A stretch of 61,635 bases of DNA, filler included, from Sanchytrium tribonematis (taxonomy: Eukaryota), in the NCBI GenBank assembly GCA_018985235.1. It is 15 parts of 15 records of this genome, joined end to end, with 100 filler letters (N's around TTAATTAATTAA, not from the genome) between each part and the next. Parts side by side here need not be neighbours in the genome. Positions count along the whole stretch, not along the records: positions 11,771 to 32,479 come from JADGIG010000095.1; positions 32,580 to 35,413 come from JADGIG010000968.1; 13 more parts are not named here. One strand, 5' to 3'. The position numbers were made by a program, and so were the translations under genes. The notes under the pieces were generated by a model, which saw nothing but the letters and a program-made list of their open reading frames with translations, was not told the DNA's origin and searched no databases. Shown here piece after piece: positions 21,468 to 32,658 of the stretch (the first letter of the stretch is position 1; the number at the start of each line of letters is the position of its first letter).

Positions 21468-21959
21468 TTATTGAAATTGACTAAATCTGGATGAAGTTGA
21501 CGTACTTGTACTTAAACAACTAGCTCTTCGAATGAATCTACCGTTTGTCTCATATACTGAACTTTGTGGAGACGATGTCATTGGAGACAAGAGAGGATTT
21601 TGACTTCTTGAAATCGGAGATTGAAGTAGAGGATTTTGGCTGCGCACGATGGGAGAGTCACTCAAATCAGATTCTATACTAATAACCGGATCAGTTTCAC
21701 TGAAGCTAGTTTGAATAACCAGTGCTTTTTTCTTCATCGCCATCTTTTCCATCTTTTCTTGAATCGGACTTAACCGTCCAATTGTAGTGTTAGGTCTTTG
21801 AATTGTGTCATTAGCGAAATCGTTTATCATAAATAAAGGCACGGTACTTCTGGATCTATTATAGTCTAGTTTTTTCGTAATAACATCATGTTGTATATAA
21901 TTATGTAATCTTTTTGGATTAAAAGACAAAGCCATTAATTCATTGATCTGCGTTGACAA
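21468..21959 (-). CDS. Hypothetical Ser/Pro-rich protein
   Basis: 163-aa ORF with an internal RSQNPLL repeat; start uncertain. Confidence 0.5.
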   Translation of the reverse strand: MSTQINELMALSFNPKRLHNYIQHDVITKKLDYNRSRSTVPLFMINDFANDTIQRPNTTIGRLSPIQEKMEKMAMKKKALVIQTSFSETDPVISIESDLSDSPIVRSQNPLLQSPISRSQNPLLSPMTSSPQSSVYETNGRFIRRASCLSTSTSTSSRFSQFQ

Positions 21960-22245
21960 TTTATTCCTTCGAAATGTTCTTTAATTGGGTGACAGTTAAA
22001 TTTTAATTTTAACTTCCAATCATCTTTGATTTAATATATTGCCTTTATTTTTTCAAAATGGATCAAGTCAACAAACATTTCATGTATCCAGAGTTATTTA
22101 AAAATTCTTAAAATAAAGCGAAAATTTAGTTCTGAGATTTAAGGTCAAACTAATTTGTTTATTAGATTGAATCTCCTTTCTAATTCACAATAAATGAACT
22201 TCAATATTTTACGAACATTTATTATATCAAATAAATTCATTCGGA

Positions 22246-23710
22246 CTAATTTTCTTTCTCAGAGTTATCCAAATGTAATGGAAGGACTGTATGTTTTTGA
22301 GACACAACAGGAACATGATCTGCTCTTTTTTTAACAGATGCGTTAGATAGTACATTAGTAAAATAAATTCTGCTTGGTTCTTCCAAATAGTAGTGAACAA
22401 TAGTTGCCACAACAATAGCTAATGCCGATACCTTGTAGATGTCGAGGTTGCTAAACACAAACAATTTGTTTTCATTCAGACATTTTAAAATTAATAGCAC
22501 AGGATAATGTGACAAGTATATGGAGAAACTAATTTTCCCCAGGAAGACCAAAACTTGATTTGCCAAGACTCTGGACACTAAAAAAGCATTGTCAAGGCAC
22601 AAGAACAAGCATACGGAATAGGAGACTATATTAAGTCTGGTGATTTCGAATTGTGTCGTAAAATGGCCATCATCATCTACAAGTACCAATTCTTTGAAAT
22701 TTAGTAACAAGTAAAGTGACAAGCAATCAAATATTAAGCGTATTGGTTTAAGACTAATTTTGATCCACCCCAATAGCTTCACCGCAAGAACACCTGCAAA
22801 GAAGGCATAAAAAAGGGGCCCAACCATAGTTCCGGTACCAAGCTGAGCGCTGCGATAACCAACATAGGCCATCAATTCAAAAGCGAAGACATTCACATAA
22901 TTAGGGCAAAATCTAATGAATAAAAACATAATAATATTAATAATCCACTCTGCAGACAAACTCCAAGAAGGGATATTACATCCTGCATTCAATTCCCAAC
23001 TTTCAAAGTAAGAATGCCAATAATGAGTCAAGGTGTAACATCTGTAAATAAGATCAGGAGAAACCCTTGCTCTCCAGCTTGCATCGTACATCTCGCCTAT
23101 GTATACGGTGCACACCATGTAAACTGTTGCGCAAATCCAATGTAATGGATAAAACCTTGCAGCACGACTAACCATCAACTCGTAAAGGTTTCCAGACCTT
23201 TTAGAATTCCAGTACACCTTTCCTAAAATATGCCCACTAAGTACAACAAAAAAAGGAACCATAATGTTACCCAAATGACTGAAGTAAAATAATACATGTT
23301 CTGGATCATTTTGTACAGATTTGACATAACTCTCTTCACTAAACTTAACAGAGTCTAGTGTATGATACACTACTTATTTAATTTAAATTACCAACAAGTA
23401 GCGCTGCAATTCCTCGTAATGCGTCCAAGTGTCCCAACCTCTGTTTTGTTTCATACCACATAAACCTTTTTGGAAAATATGATGTACAATATCTTGTCCA
23501 TTTGTCCCATAGTATTACTATTTTTGAATACACCGGAATCAAATTGTCATATTCTACAATAAAACAACCTAATTTTCCAAGCAACAGAATAACAATTACA
23601 AAAGGTGGAATTCCTATATGCATTAAAAATGAGCGACTCATTATTATTACACAAAAAAGTGTAATTAAATAAATACAAAATTTGTTTAATTCTTTGTTTT
23701 GTTGAAGCAT
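22246..23710 (-). CDS. Acyltransferase family 3 (OafA-like) membrane protein; exons 23710(or 23461)-23392, 23372-22246
   Basis: Splicing gives LDALRGIAALLVVVYH. Other motifs: FFVVLSG, RAARFYP, WSLSAE, LGKISFSIYLSHYP. Confidence 0.9.
23373..23391 (-). other. 19-nt spliceosomal intron
   Basis: GTAATTTAAATTAAATAAG; restores the family motif LRGIAALLVVVYH. Confidence 0.92.
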
Positions 23711-26032
23711 CAGAAATTGACCCAGTAGGACGCGCGAGATTTATACTTTAAAAAAAGGCCATAACATTACACGACGCGAAACAATTGCGTTGAGGCTCAA
23801 GTTTTCAATTGTATCTTAACAATTTTGGAAAATTACTAAAATCAAAGCTCCTCGCAATCACACGTCTCACGTAGAAGAGGCTCCAAATATGAATGTAAAA
23901 TGGATATTCATCTCGAAATTCCACCTGAAAATTATAAATAAATTTTGTAACTAGTTGGAAATAGCTTCCATATTATATAAAGTCGATTAAAGAACCTGTT
24001 CAATTCCCCTCAAATCTGCTATATGGATGTATGTTGGGAAACCAGAAACGGTTGCCAAAAAGCTGCAAATGTAGTTCTTATTTTAGGTGGTTTCAAAGAA
24101 AAAACTGATAATACATTTATGATTGCAAATAAGAAAAATGAAACAACAAGTGCAGCTAAATTAAACATTATTAAGATCAAAGAAGATTGCACTATAGAAT
24201 ATACTAAAATAATGCCGACTCTGTGTATCTAATTCCGGCAATGGTATTTTAATTTTTACCAACAAATGCCATATCTAAAGTAACGAATCTCTTTTTTGTT
24301 TCATATTTCACTGGCATATCCCAGACGATTAAGGTAAATTCGTAATTATTAAAGCATTAAATAAATAGGATCTACAAACAATTCACAATTCTATACACCC
24401 ACAAATCTACTTCCACCAATACTAATAATGTATGAAGAACTTTTATTACTGTTCCATTAGAAACTTTTATACTGAACAAATTTGCAATTTAAGGAAAAAT
24501 TCTGGTTATAAAAAGTATTAAAAAACCACCTATTGGTAATTTGAGAAAATGGATTGTAGTGTATTGAAATCAAGTTCCACTTTCATTATTTAAAATGGAT
24601 TAGAAAGATTTTACTTCAGTGGAAATATTGAAGGCTTGCACTTGGCAAAAGCCAATGACTTGAGTTTTAATTATTAATTTAAAAAGAGATTTTTTAAATG
24701 CATTAGAAAGAGTTCAAATGTTTAACAAAGCTATGGATTTTTGAGGTGAAAATCCAGCATATTCTTGCTCATTTAATATTTGCAACGATATTGATATTAC
24801 TGATGATTAATCCCAGTTTTTGACTTTGAAAAACAAATTGAAAAGCCAGAAGTTATGGTTCATTTATTGTTAAGTGAAGAAGAATAAAAGATTGATTTAA
24901 TGGAACATTTATTACTTTGGAGGGGAATAATTTTTTTTTATAGTCAAAATCCTATCTGATTCCCGCGAGGAACTGGATTTGTAAACACTTTATTTAAAAG
25001 TCATTTTACCTGCCTTGTCAAAAGCGTGAAACTGTTATGAGCACTACTTTGATTTCTAGCTATGCTACAATTTGCTGTAATGTTTTTGATGGATCTTCTA
25101 ACAACATATTATGTATTTGTAATCCATGATGAACGTCTAATATGGGTTGCGACAAAAATGTGACATAGCAGTATCTATAAAACTATAGCTAATTGAAATT
25201 GCAACACAACTGTCCCCCAAGTTTGCGTTTACTATCATTTGTTTGGACTCATTAAATCACAGGTTTATACTTTTGACATATTGCACTGTCTTGCTGAATA
25301 TAGATCATTGTGAGAATAGTGTGATTCCTAAAAATCTTTTTCCATGATATGAAAACATCCCTAAGCACAACTTTTGTTTCCAAATGCTTTATAAGTGTAT
25401 CAATTTTATTAAGACCAAAATAAGTCCAACTTGTATCAAATGACAAAATCAAAATATTTTCAAATAATCATTTTCCAAAAGTCAAGGTCAAAATCATTTG
25501 GGGTTTTAAAATGGTAAATATGAAGAAAACAAATTTCCAATCAAGGGTGCATTTGGTTGATATTAATTCAAGAATCCCTTATAAAGTAAAATTTATGATG
25601 TATAACTATTTCATTTTTTAGCAATGCAACCTTCTCTTTAATATATACATATCCAACAATTTTGTCTGACCTCAATTAATATTGATTAGTGAGACACTTG
25701 GCAGCCATTTCTTATAACGATTTTAACCCGCAAAATGACTAAACAAAATAAATAATGGAAATTTAGAGTGCTTTTTCATTTATTGATTATATTGTAGCCT
25801 TGGTAGCTTGAGAATTCGTTGCTATATGAATTTAGTGCTTGTAAGTCGAGGTCTCTCAGATTATTTGCAACTTCTAGCATATTTCCTTCAATTTCCTTTT
25901 TAAATTCACTCAGCCCCATTATTTTTAATCCATTTACCCTTGAGATGGTTGTTGTGATGGAACGTTCTGTTGGTCTCATTAATAAGATAAAATTAATGAT
26001 AAAGGCCTTTTTTGGAGTTGAAACTGTGACAA

Positions 26033-27323
26033 ATGCGCTATGACAGACAAATTAGAATTTGGAACAAATCAGGCCAGGACAAAATACATCACTCAAAAGT
26101 CCTTTGCCTAGGAGATGGATATATATTATGGGAAGTTTTAAAAAATTTAACACTGGGTGGTTTTGGTACATTATTTGTAATGGAAACTGACTTTATTAAA
26201 TCTAAAATTTCACAGATTCAGTTTTTCAACCCCGAGGTGAATGTGATAATCGTTAATCAATCAAGCATATTAGATATAAAGCCAGACATGGTTTTGGAAC
26301 TTAATTATATTGGTAAAGTTATCGATTCAGTTCATTTTCGAGACATACCGAGTCTAAAGGCATATAGCAACGGATTTTATGGCTACATAAGTACGGAATT
26401 TGATGGATTCATTGCTAGGAAGAAAGAAAAACATATTGACTTAATGATACGAAATCCGTTTAAAGGACTTAAGGATTACTTTGAATCATTTAATTTAGAC
26501 AAATTGAATGATTACGAATATGCGCACGTGCCCTATCCAGTATTTTTGTATAAAGTTCATATATCCTTGGGTGAGAATCCTTCGCGAGCAGCAATACGTT
26601 CCACACTTAAAACATTTATCCGTGCTGGTGTCGAAATGGACAATATTCAGGAGGCAATCGACCATGCTTACTACCTCTTTCAGAAAGATATAGATGGCAA
26701 TGTAGTAGATCTTTTTTCTAATATTGACAAATTAAAAGATCCCCTTAAATCAATAATAACTTCCGTATCCAATTTTTATGCAAAAAATGGCCGACTTCCA
26801 GTCTCAATAGACATTCCGGATCTAAAAGCTACAACCGGAGAATACTTGAAATTCAAAAATTTGTATTCTTCTCAATTTGATTTGGATTGTCGAGAAATCC
26901 AAAATGATTCTATAAATTACCTTGATTGTGAGGATGTTAAAGAAATATGTAGAAATATAAGAGACTACAAATTTTGCGAAGGATCTGTCGTTCATTATAA
27001 ACAATCAACTAAATTTGAGGAGCCTTTTAAAGTGGAAATTGAACCATTCGAATTATTTTCATTCTTAAATCTTCATCGACAATACCGCGTTCGTAATCAG
27101 ACATTTCCCCAGAATTATAATCAATTAAATTGTGATGGTGTTTTAAAAGGGTAGATCATGTTTATTTAGATCCCTCTGCAATGGTGAGATATTTGGAACT
27201 TCGGCTGTACTTGGAGGAATGATTGCTCAAGAAGTAATTAAGCTAACCACGCAACAATATCTACCTTTAGAATCTGCAGTGGTATTTGACGGGCTAAATT
27301 GTAAAGCTGGTAAAGTTTTTTAA
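26033..27323 (+). CDS. ULA1: NEDD8-activating enzyme regulatory subunit (Ula1/APPBP1); exons 26033-27150, 27170-27323
   Basis: RYDRQIRIW, EVLKNLTLGG and HVPY; spliced C-terminus SAVLGGMIAQEVIKLTTQQYLP. Confidence 0.85.
27151..27169 (+). other. 19-nt spliceosomal intron
   Basis: GTAGATCATGTTTATTTAG; restores the conserved GGxxAQEVIK tail. Confidence 0.9.
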
Positions 27324-27344
27324 AAATAAATAATCCTCTGAAAC

Positions 27345-27821
27345 ATGATTCTTTGCATATTGGGTTCTGGAGGTCATACAAGTGAGATGTTTTCATTAAT
27401 AGAAGACATTGATAGCAAATTAATATTTATCGCATCAAAAGATGATCAATTATCTCAGTTCAAAGCTAAGCAGAAATATCCAAATTCAAAAATTTATACA
27501 ATTATTCGACCGAGACTGCCAGCTCAATCATTGCTTTTAGCTTTGCCCCGCATAATTGTTTCTCTAATTCATACGATTTATGTTGTGGCGCGTATATTTT
27601 ACAACAATAGAAACATAAAAATCACATTGGGAAATGGTCCAGGATTGTCACTATTGGTACTATTAATATCCAAACTTTGTGGTGCCAGTACCGTCTATGT
27701 TGAGAGTTTTGCAAGAGTTAAAACACTTTCATTGAGTGGAAAAATAGCAAAACATGTTGTGGATCATTTTATTGTTCAATGGAAAGAAAATGAAGGGAAA
27801 AGTATGGAATGGATATTGTAA
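27345..27821 (+). CDS. ALG14: UDP-GlcNAc transferase subunit Alg14
   Basis: LGSGGHTSEM, GNGPG, YVESFARVKTLSLSGKI, FIVQW. Confidence 0.92.
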   Translation: MILCILGSGGHTSEMFSLIEDIDSKLIFIASKDDQLSQFKAKQKYPNSKIYTIIRPRLPAQSLLLALPRIIVSLIHTIYVVARIFYNNRNIKITLGNGPGLSLLVLLISKLCGASTVYVESFARVKTLSLSGKIAKHVVDHFIVQWKENEGKSMEWIL

Positions 27822-27848
27822 CTATAGGAGTTTTTGAAACATATTTTG

Positions 27849-28238
27849 ATGCAGAAAGAAATCGATTACGCAATTAATTTCATCTCTACCATAATTCAAA
27901 AGCATGGAATATCTCAGGAGCAATTGTCGGTTTTTAGATCTGAGCTCAGCCAACTTCTGAAAGAAAAAATTGGAACAGTTGGATGGTATGTCAATTCTCC
28001 GGAACAAGGTTCAGCAAGAAGAGCTATTACGAATTTACAAAGCACTTCGCATGTAGATGTTTGTCTTCAAAAAGCTGCAATTCAAGCAAATATATTGGAT
28101 ATCCGTTCATTACTACCAGCAGATTTCATACTTTGGATAGATCCAATGTCTGTTAGCTACAGATGCGGAGACCATGGTAATGTTTTTACTATATACGATG
28201 GGACCAAGCAGGTAGTATTCAGTGATAATAAATTTTGA
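27849..28238 (+). CDS. BTG/Tob family antiproliferative protein
   Basis: MQKEIDYAINFI, W...PEQGSARRAI, LLPADFILWIDPMSVSYRCGD (box B). Confidence 0.88.
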   Translation: MQKEIDYAINFISTIIQKHGISQEQLSVFRSELSQLLKEKIGTVGWYVNSPEQGSARRAITNLQSTSHVDVCLQKAAIQANILDIRSLLPADFILWIDPMSVSYRCGDHGNVFTIYDGTKQVVFSDNKF

Positions 28239-28239
28239 T

Positions 28240-29472
28240 TCATTTTTTCATGCATTCAAGAGAGCAATACTTGATTCCTTCTTTTTTAAAAGTGTAGGGC
28301 AGATGAATCGTATTTCCGCACACGCATTTAATCGAGTTGAGGCGATTTAAGGTAGCTTCCAAAATTTTGGAGCGATCCGGCACTCGGTCAATAGGCTTGG
28401 CCTTTTGGATAGTCAAATTATCCCGTGCCGACGGTTTCTCAGAGGCCGCAGGATCACGTAGGTCTAAAACATCATCAGATATTTCATATGTCGTTTTCTT
28501 TTTCTTCTTTTTTCTTCTTTTCTTTTTACTTGTGCTTTCAGATTGTTGTTCTTCGTCTTTCATCATAGATTTATCCCCAAAAGATTCTAAACTATCATTC
28601 TCGCTCTCCTTGGACAAATCGTTATCAGATGGTAGTAGAGAAACCTTGATTACATCAAATTCGGCACTTTGAAAATTATATAGCGATTCGAAGCAATCTC
28701 TTGCAACTTTGAAAGTTGGCTTCCCTAAAGAGAGTGGAACTTTTTTAGTTTCCTTGAAATTCCCACATTGATATAGACAATTTTTTAAAATAAGTTCATT
28801 TTTTTTGGCACCATATAACCAAATCACGTCTACCTCTTGAAATAATGCTTCTCCTGATACAAAGGCAACAATATCACTGACTAAAGCAACCTCGTTGTGT
28901 CTCCTTATAGAACTTCCAGCAGAACTGGCCTTTCCTTTTGACTGGTCATGACTAGATTGGCCCCCGCCTTGCTTTCGTCTAGTAGTATAGCGATGAATTG
29001 ATTTGTGACATAAAACTTTTCCACTATTCAAGTCAAAAATAGCACCAGCAAAATCTCCACCACTTAAGAGCAGAAATCCCCACTTTTGATTGGAAAACCG
29101 CTTTAGTTGACTGTTGAGTGTTTCCACGCTTAAGTTTGCAAATAGAGATTTATCAAACAATTGAGGAAATATTGCAATAGTATTGTTTTCCGCGGAACAC
29201 ACTAACATATCCGACTTATTTACAATGGTAATTGTTTCTTCAATTCCCTTATGCTCTTCCTCAATATCAACAGCGTTCAGTTTATTAATGATATTTTCTA
29301 TATGACCCTGTGACTTATAATGATCTCTCATTTCTTCACCATTGACAAATCCCACTTGGCAATCATTACATGTTTTTGCTGAATTATTTTCGTTCTTTTT
29401 ACCAACTTCTATTTGACTTTCTACTCTATATTTTGGGGGAACATAAATTATAGAAGAAATTGGAGTTAACAT
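28240..29472 (-). CDS. VMS1: Vms1/ANKZF1 peptidyl-tRNA release factor (VLRF1)
   Basis: C2H2 zinc finger; GGDFAGAIF; HRYTTRRKQGGGQS..D..SSAGSSIRRHNE. Confidence 0.9.
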   Translation of the reverse strand: MLTPISSIIYVPPKYRVESQIEVGKKNENNSAKTCNDCQVGFVNGEEMRDHYKSQGHIENIINKLNAVDIEEEHKGIEETITIVNKSDMLVCSAENNTIAIFPQLFDKSLFANLSVETLNSQLKRFSNQKWGFLLLSGGDFAGAIFDLNSGKVLCHKSIHRYTTRRKQGGGQSSHDQSKGKASSAGSSIRRHNEVALVSDIVAFVSGEALFQEVDVIWLYGAKKNELILKNCLYQCGNFKETKKVPLSLGKPTFKVARDCFESLYNFQSAEFDVIKVSLLPSDNDLSKESENDSLESFGDKSMMKDEEQQSESTSKKKRRKKKKKKTTYEISDDVLDLRDPAASEKPSARDNLTIQKAKPIDRVPDRSKILEATLNRLNSIKCVCGNTIHLPYTFKKEGIKYCSLECMKK

Positions 29473-29508
29473 TTCTCCTTCTGCTTTAAAATAGGCGAAA
29501 TAATTTTA

Positions 29509-30787
29509 TTATGATAGGTAAGATTTGGTCAAGCATTTCACATTACAATACTTAGAGTTCTGGGAACACCATGGCGCGTAGTTATAAAAGTCAACGTTGT
29601 TAAGCTCTGTGGCAACTACTCGTACAATAGATTTAGTCAAATTGTTATCCAAAGGATCTTGGGAAAGTTCCCAAAACATCATACCACCAAGATCCATAGC
29701 TTCTACATAGTCGATCTTGTACCGCACAGATACATTATCTTCATAACTAACAAAAAGTCCTTTGTTCGCATTGTAAATATATGGCGCCTTGGCAACAGCA
29801 TCAAAATATCTCACATTATTAGAATCCGACAAATCGCTAAGAATTTGATTATAAGTCACCCATCCGTCACAACCTCCACTTAAGCAATCAAGTTTGCGAA
29901 AAAGTCCATGCATTTTTGTATCGCCTTTAAGAACGGGGTAGGAATGTCCATAAAGAGGTACGCCCACCACTATCTGGTTCTTTTTTACGCTATTTTGCAG
30001 CAAGAACTTAACGGTTGTGTCAACTGAATAATCACCATTTGGATCTGCCGAATTTCTGTAAAGCGGTGCATGATGTGTGCCATATCCAGATCCTATACTT
30101 ACATCGTAACTCATCACGTGAAACCAACTTATATATTGCGCAGATTGACTCAACTTGTAGTTCGCTAAAGTTGATTGTGCAACGGGAATAGCAGTTGTAA
30201 GCTGGTATCCCGCGCCATTTGGTAATCCATTCAATTTAGCTCTCAAGTCTCTCATCAAACCAACATACATAGTGCCTTCATAGTCATTTTGAGGATACTC
30301 CCAGTCTAATTTAATAGAAAATACCAATGTCAATTCCATCCAAACCATATTGAACCACTAAATCAATTGCCGAATTTATAAAATTGGTTTTCTTTGTCGA
30401 ATCTCCTATAACAGGCGCAAAGTTGCCGGACCAAGAATAGCCCCCAATACTAAGCAATATTCTAAGGTGTGGATATTCTTTCCTTAATTGGAATAGGAGA
30501 TTGTAATTTCCTTTCGCGCAACAATTGCAATCGTCAACTATCTTTGTAACTTTATGAACATCATCATCCGTTCCAGGCGTCACATTCCCCGAACTGACAT
30601 CAATATTGGCAAATGAATAAGCTAAATGTGTATAATAATCCCCGTTTAATTTTCTGATATCGATACCTCCCCAATAACTCAGATACCCGACAATAACTCT
30701 TTTGGTGTTTGTATCTCTGGGTGCTACATTATAGTCTCCGATATCAAATTGACTGGCAGCAACTTGCAGCACAAAAGAAAAAAGCAT
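29509..30787 (-). CDS. Secreted GH18 chitinase; exons 30787-30325, 30305-29509
   Basis: LLSIGGYS, spliced DGIDIDWEYP, VMSYD, GGMMFWELSQD. Confidence 0.95.
30306..30324 (-). other. 19-nt spliceosomal intron
   Basis: GTATTTTCTATTAAATTAG; lies inside the catalytic DxDxE codons. Confidence 0.96.
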
Positions 30788-31072
30788 TTTGTTTGAGACG
30801 TCACATCGGCAAAAAAAATGAAACCTGAATTTTGCCATTTGGTTTTTATCTTTGTAAAGTCCATCTGCCAAATGAAAGTCACATTCCAATTAATTAACAT
30901 CATACTCAACATACTGTCCTCTCAATTTGAAAATTATATTTCAATTCTCGTTTATTTTACCTCTAACTATCTAAAGACAGGTGTAGCAATACAAGGAAGA
31001 GTTCAAATGATCTGAAATGCTGTATAGGTGCGAATTCAGTTCAAACCCATTACGTATAGTTACGGACTTAAT

Positions 31073-31681
31073 TTATTTACCTATCAAGAAGGTACTGGAG
31101 ATATCCTCAGATCTAAAGAGATATTCTGAAGGCAGCCAATGGATGATTGCTTGTATCTTGTACTCGCCTTTTCTAACATTGGGCATAGTAAAGGGAACCA
31201 CTACCTCACCAAATCCAATATATGGATATTGTTCTGAATGCTTCGCATGTTTTATATATAATTTTAAAGCCTTTTTGACAAGTAACTGCGATTTACCATC
31301 TCCCTGTAAATATATTGTAAGCCTCTTTAATCCCCAAAAGGAATCTATTCCATTTACATAAATCTTTAATTTACATTCACTTCCTTTCTTTACACGGTCT
31401 TCACATTGAATTGAATAAATATGGATTGATTTATCATGAATGTAATCTCTACCAGCAAATATAACAGAAGATCCCACAACACTTAAACCTGTAGCGATAG
31501 CTATTTTTCTAGCAGGTAATTGTTGAATTGTGCTTTTCATACGATTGTATACAGTCATCCCGACAGTCTTTACACCACTTAAATGCTCTACCAGACCTTG
31601 GTAAATACTTTTGTATGAAACACCGTCATAATAGCTTGAAGGTATTGCAGTCGCAAAAAGAATGCAAAAACAAAGTAACAT
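31073..31681 (-). CDS. Hypothetical secreted protein
   Basis: Signal-peptide-like N-terminus; 202 aa. Confidence 0.6.
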   Translation of the reverse strand: MLLCFCILFATAIPSSYYDGVSYKSIYQGLVEHLSGVKTVGMTVYNRMKSTIQQLPARKIAIATGLSVVGSSVIFAGRDYIHDKSIHIYSIQCEDRVKKGSECKLKIYVNGIDSFWGLKRLTIYLQGDGKSQLLVKKALKLYIKHAKHSEQYPYIGFGEVVVPFTMPNVRKGEYKIQAIIHWLPSEYLFRSEDISSTFLIGK

Positions 31682-31859
31682 CTGTTTAATGGAGTGGACC
31701 AGAACAAATTATATCAGATGGTCGCCAAATAGCGTCATTAATCACCTAATACACAAAAAGAAATTCGTCATGCAATCTTTTTCTTTGAAATTGCCCTTAT
31801 AGGTACTTTGAGAATTTCTCACTGTTACCGTATTGAAAAAAGTTACTAATTAAAGGAGA

Positions 31860-32479
31860 ATGTTTGATAATTTTGTGGGTATATTATTGATTCTAAACAT
31901 GGCTTTTTGGGTCACTCAACCTATGAATAAAAGCGAAACCTTTGCTATGATAAAGCCAGATGGATATCATGCAACTTTAGACATTTTGAAATATTTGGAA
32001 AAGCATGGATTTGAAATTCAAAAAAAGAAAACATTAATTTTGTCAAAAGAGCAAGCTGAACTATTCTATGAAGAGCATAGTAAAAAGATATTTTTTCGAG
32101 ACCTGATAAGATATATTACCAGTGGCCCTGTAACAGTATTATCTCTTACGAAAGTGAATGCAATTGAGGACCTGAGGAATTTATTAGGAAACACAGACTC
32201 AAATGAAGCTAGAATTGAAAGTCCAAGCTCTATTAGGGCTATATATGGCACAGACAAAGAGAAAAACGCATGTCATGGCTCGGACAGCATTGTTGCAGTT
32301 GAAAGGGAAACGAATTTCTTTTTCAAGTGTGACCCTATCAACTTAATCACGACTGATATCAAAACTCTTCGGTTTTTAGAAGAACAAATTTATCCAACTT
32401 TAACACAATGCCTCGAGGAGCTAATCAAAGACAAACCAGAAGACCCAGTGCGATTTCTTGGCAATTTGCTTATAAAATT
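31860..32479 (+). CDS. Nucleoside diphosphate kinase with C-terminal Dpy-30 motif (NME5/RSPH23-like), 3' truncated
   Basis: TFAMIKPDG and NACHGSDS, followed by FLEEQIYPTLTQCLEELIKDKPEDPVRFLG (Dpy-30). Confidence 0.8.
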
Positions 32480-32579
32480 NNNNNNNNNNNNNNNNNNNNN
32501 NNNNNNNNNNNNNNNNNNNNNNNTTAATTAATTAANNNNNNNNNNNNNNNNNNNNNNNNNNNNNNNNNNNNNNNNNNNN

Positions 32580-32657
32580 GGGGGAGTTGAGTATACAGTC
32601 GTATTTACTCACTCAAGTCCCCCCGGGGAAGTTGAGCTGGAGGGGGAGTTGAGCTGG
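32580..32657. repeat. G-rich direct/inverted repeat cluster
   Basis: GGGGRAGTTGAG occurs three times. The first copy pairs with ACTCAAGTCCCCC (1 mismatch). Confidence 0.7.
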
Positions 32658-32658
32658 T

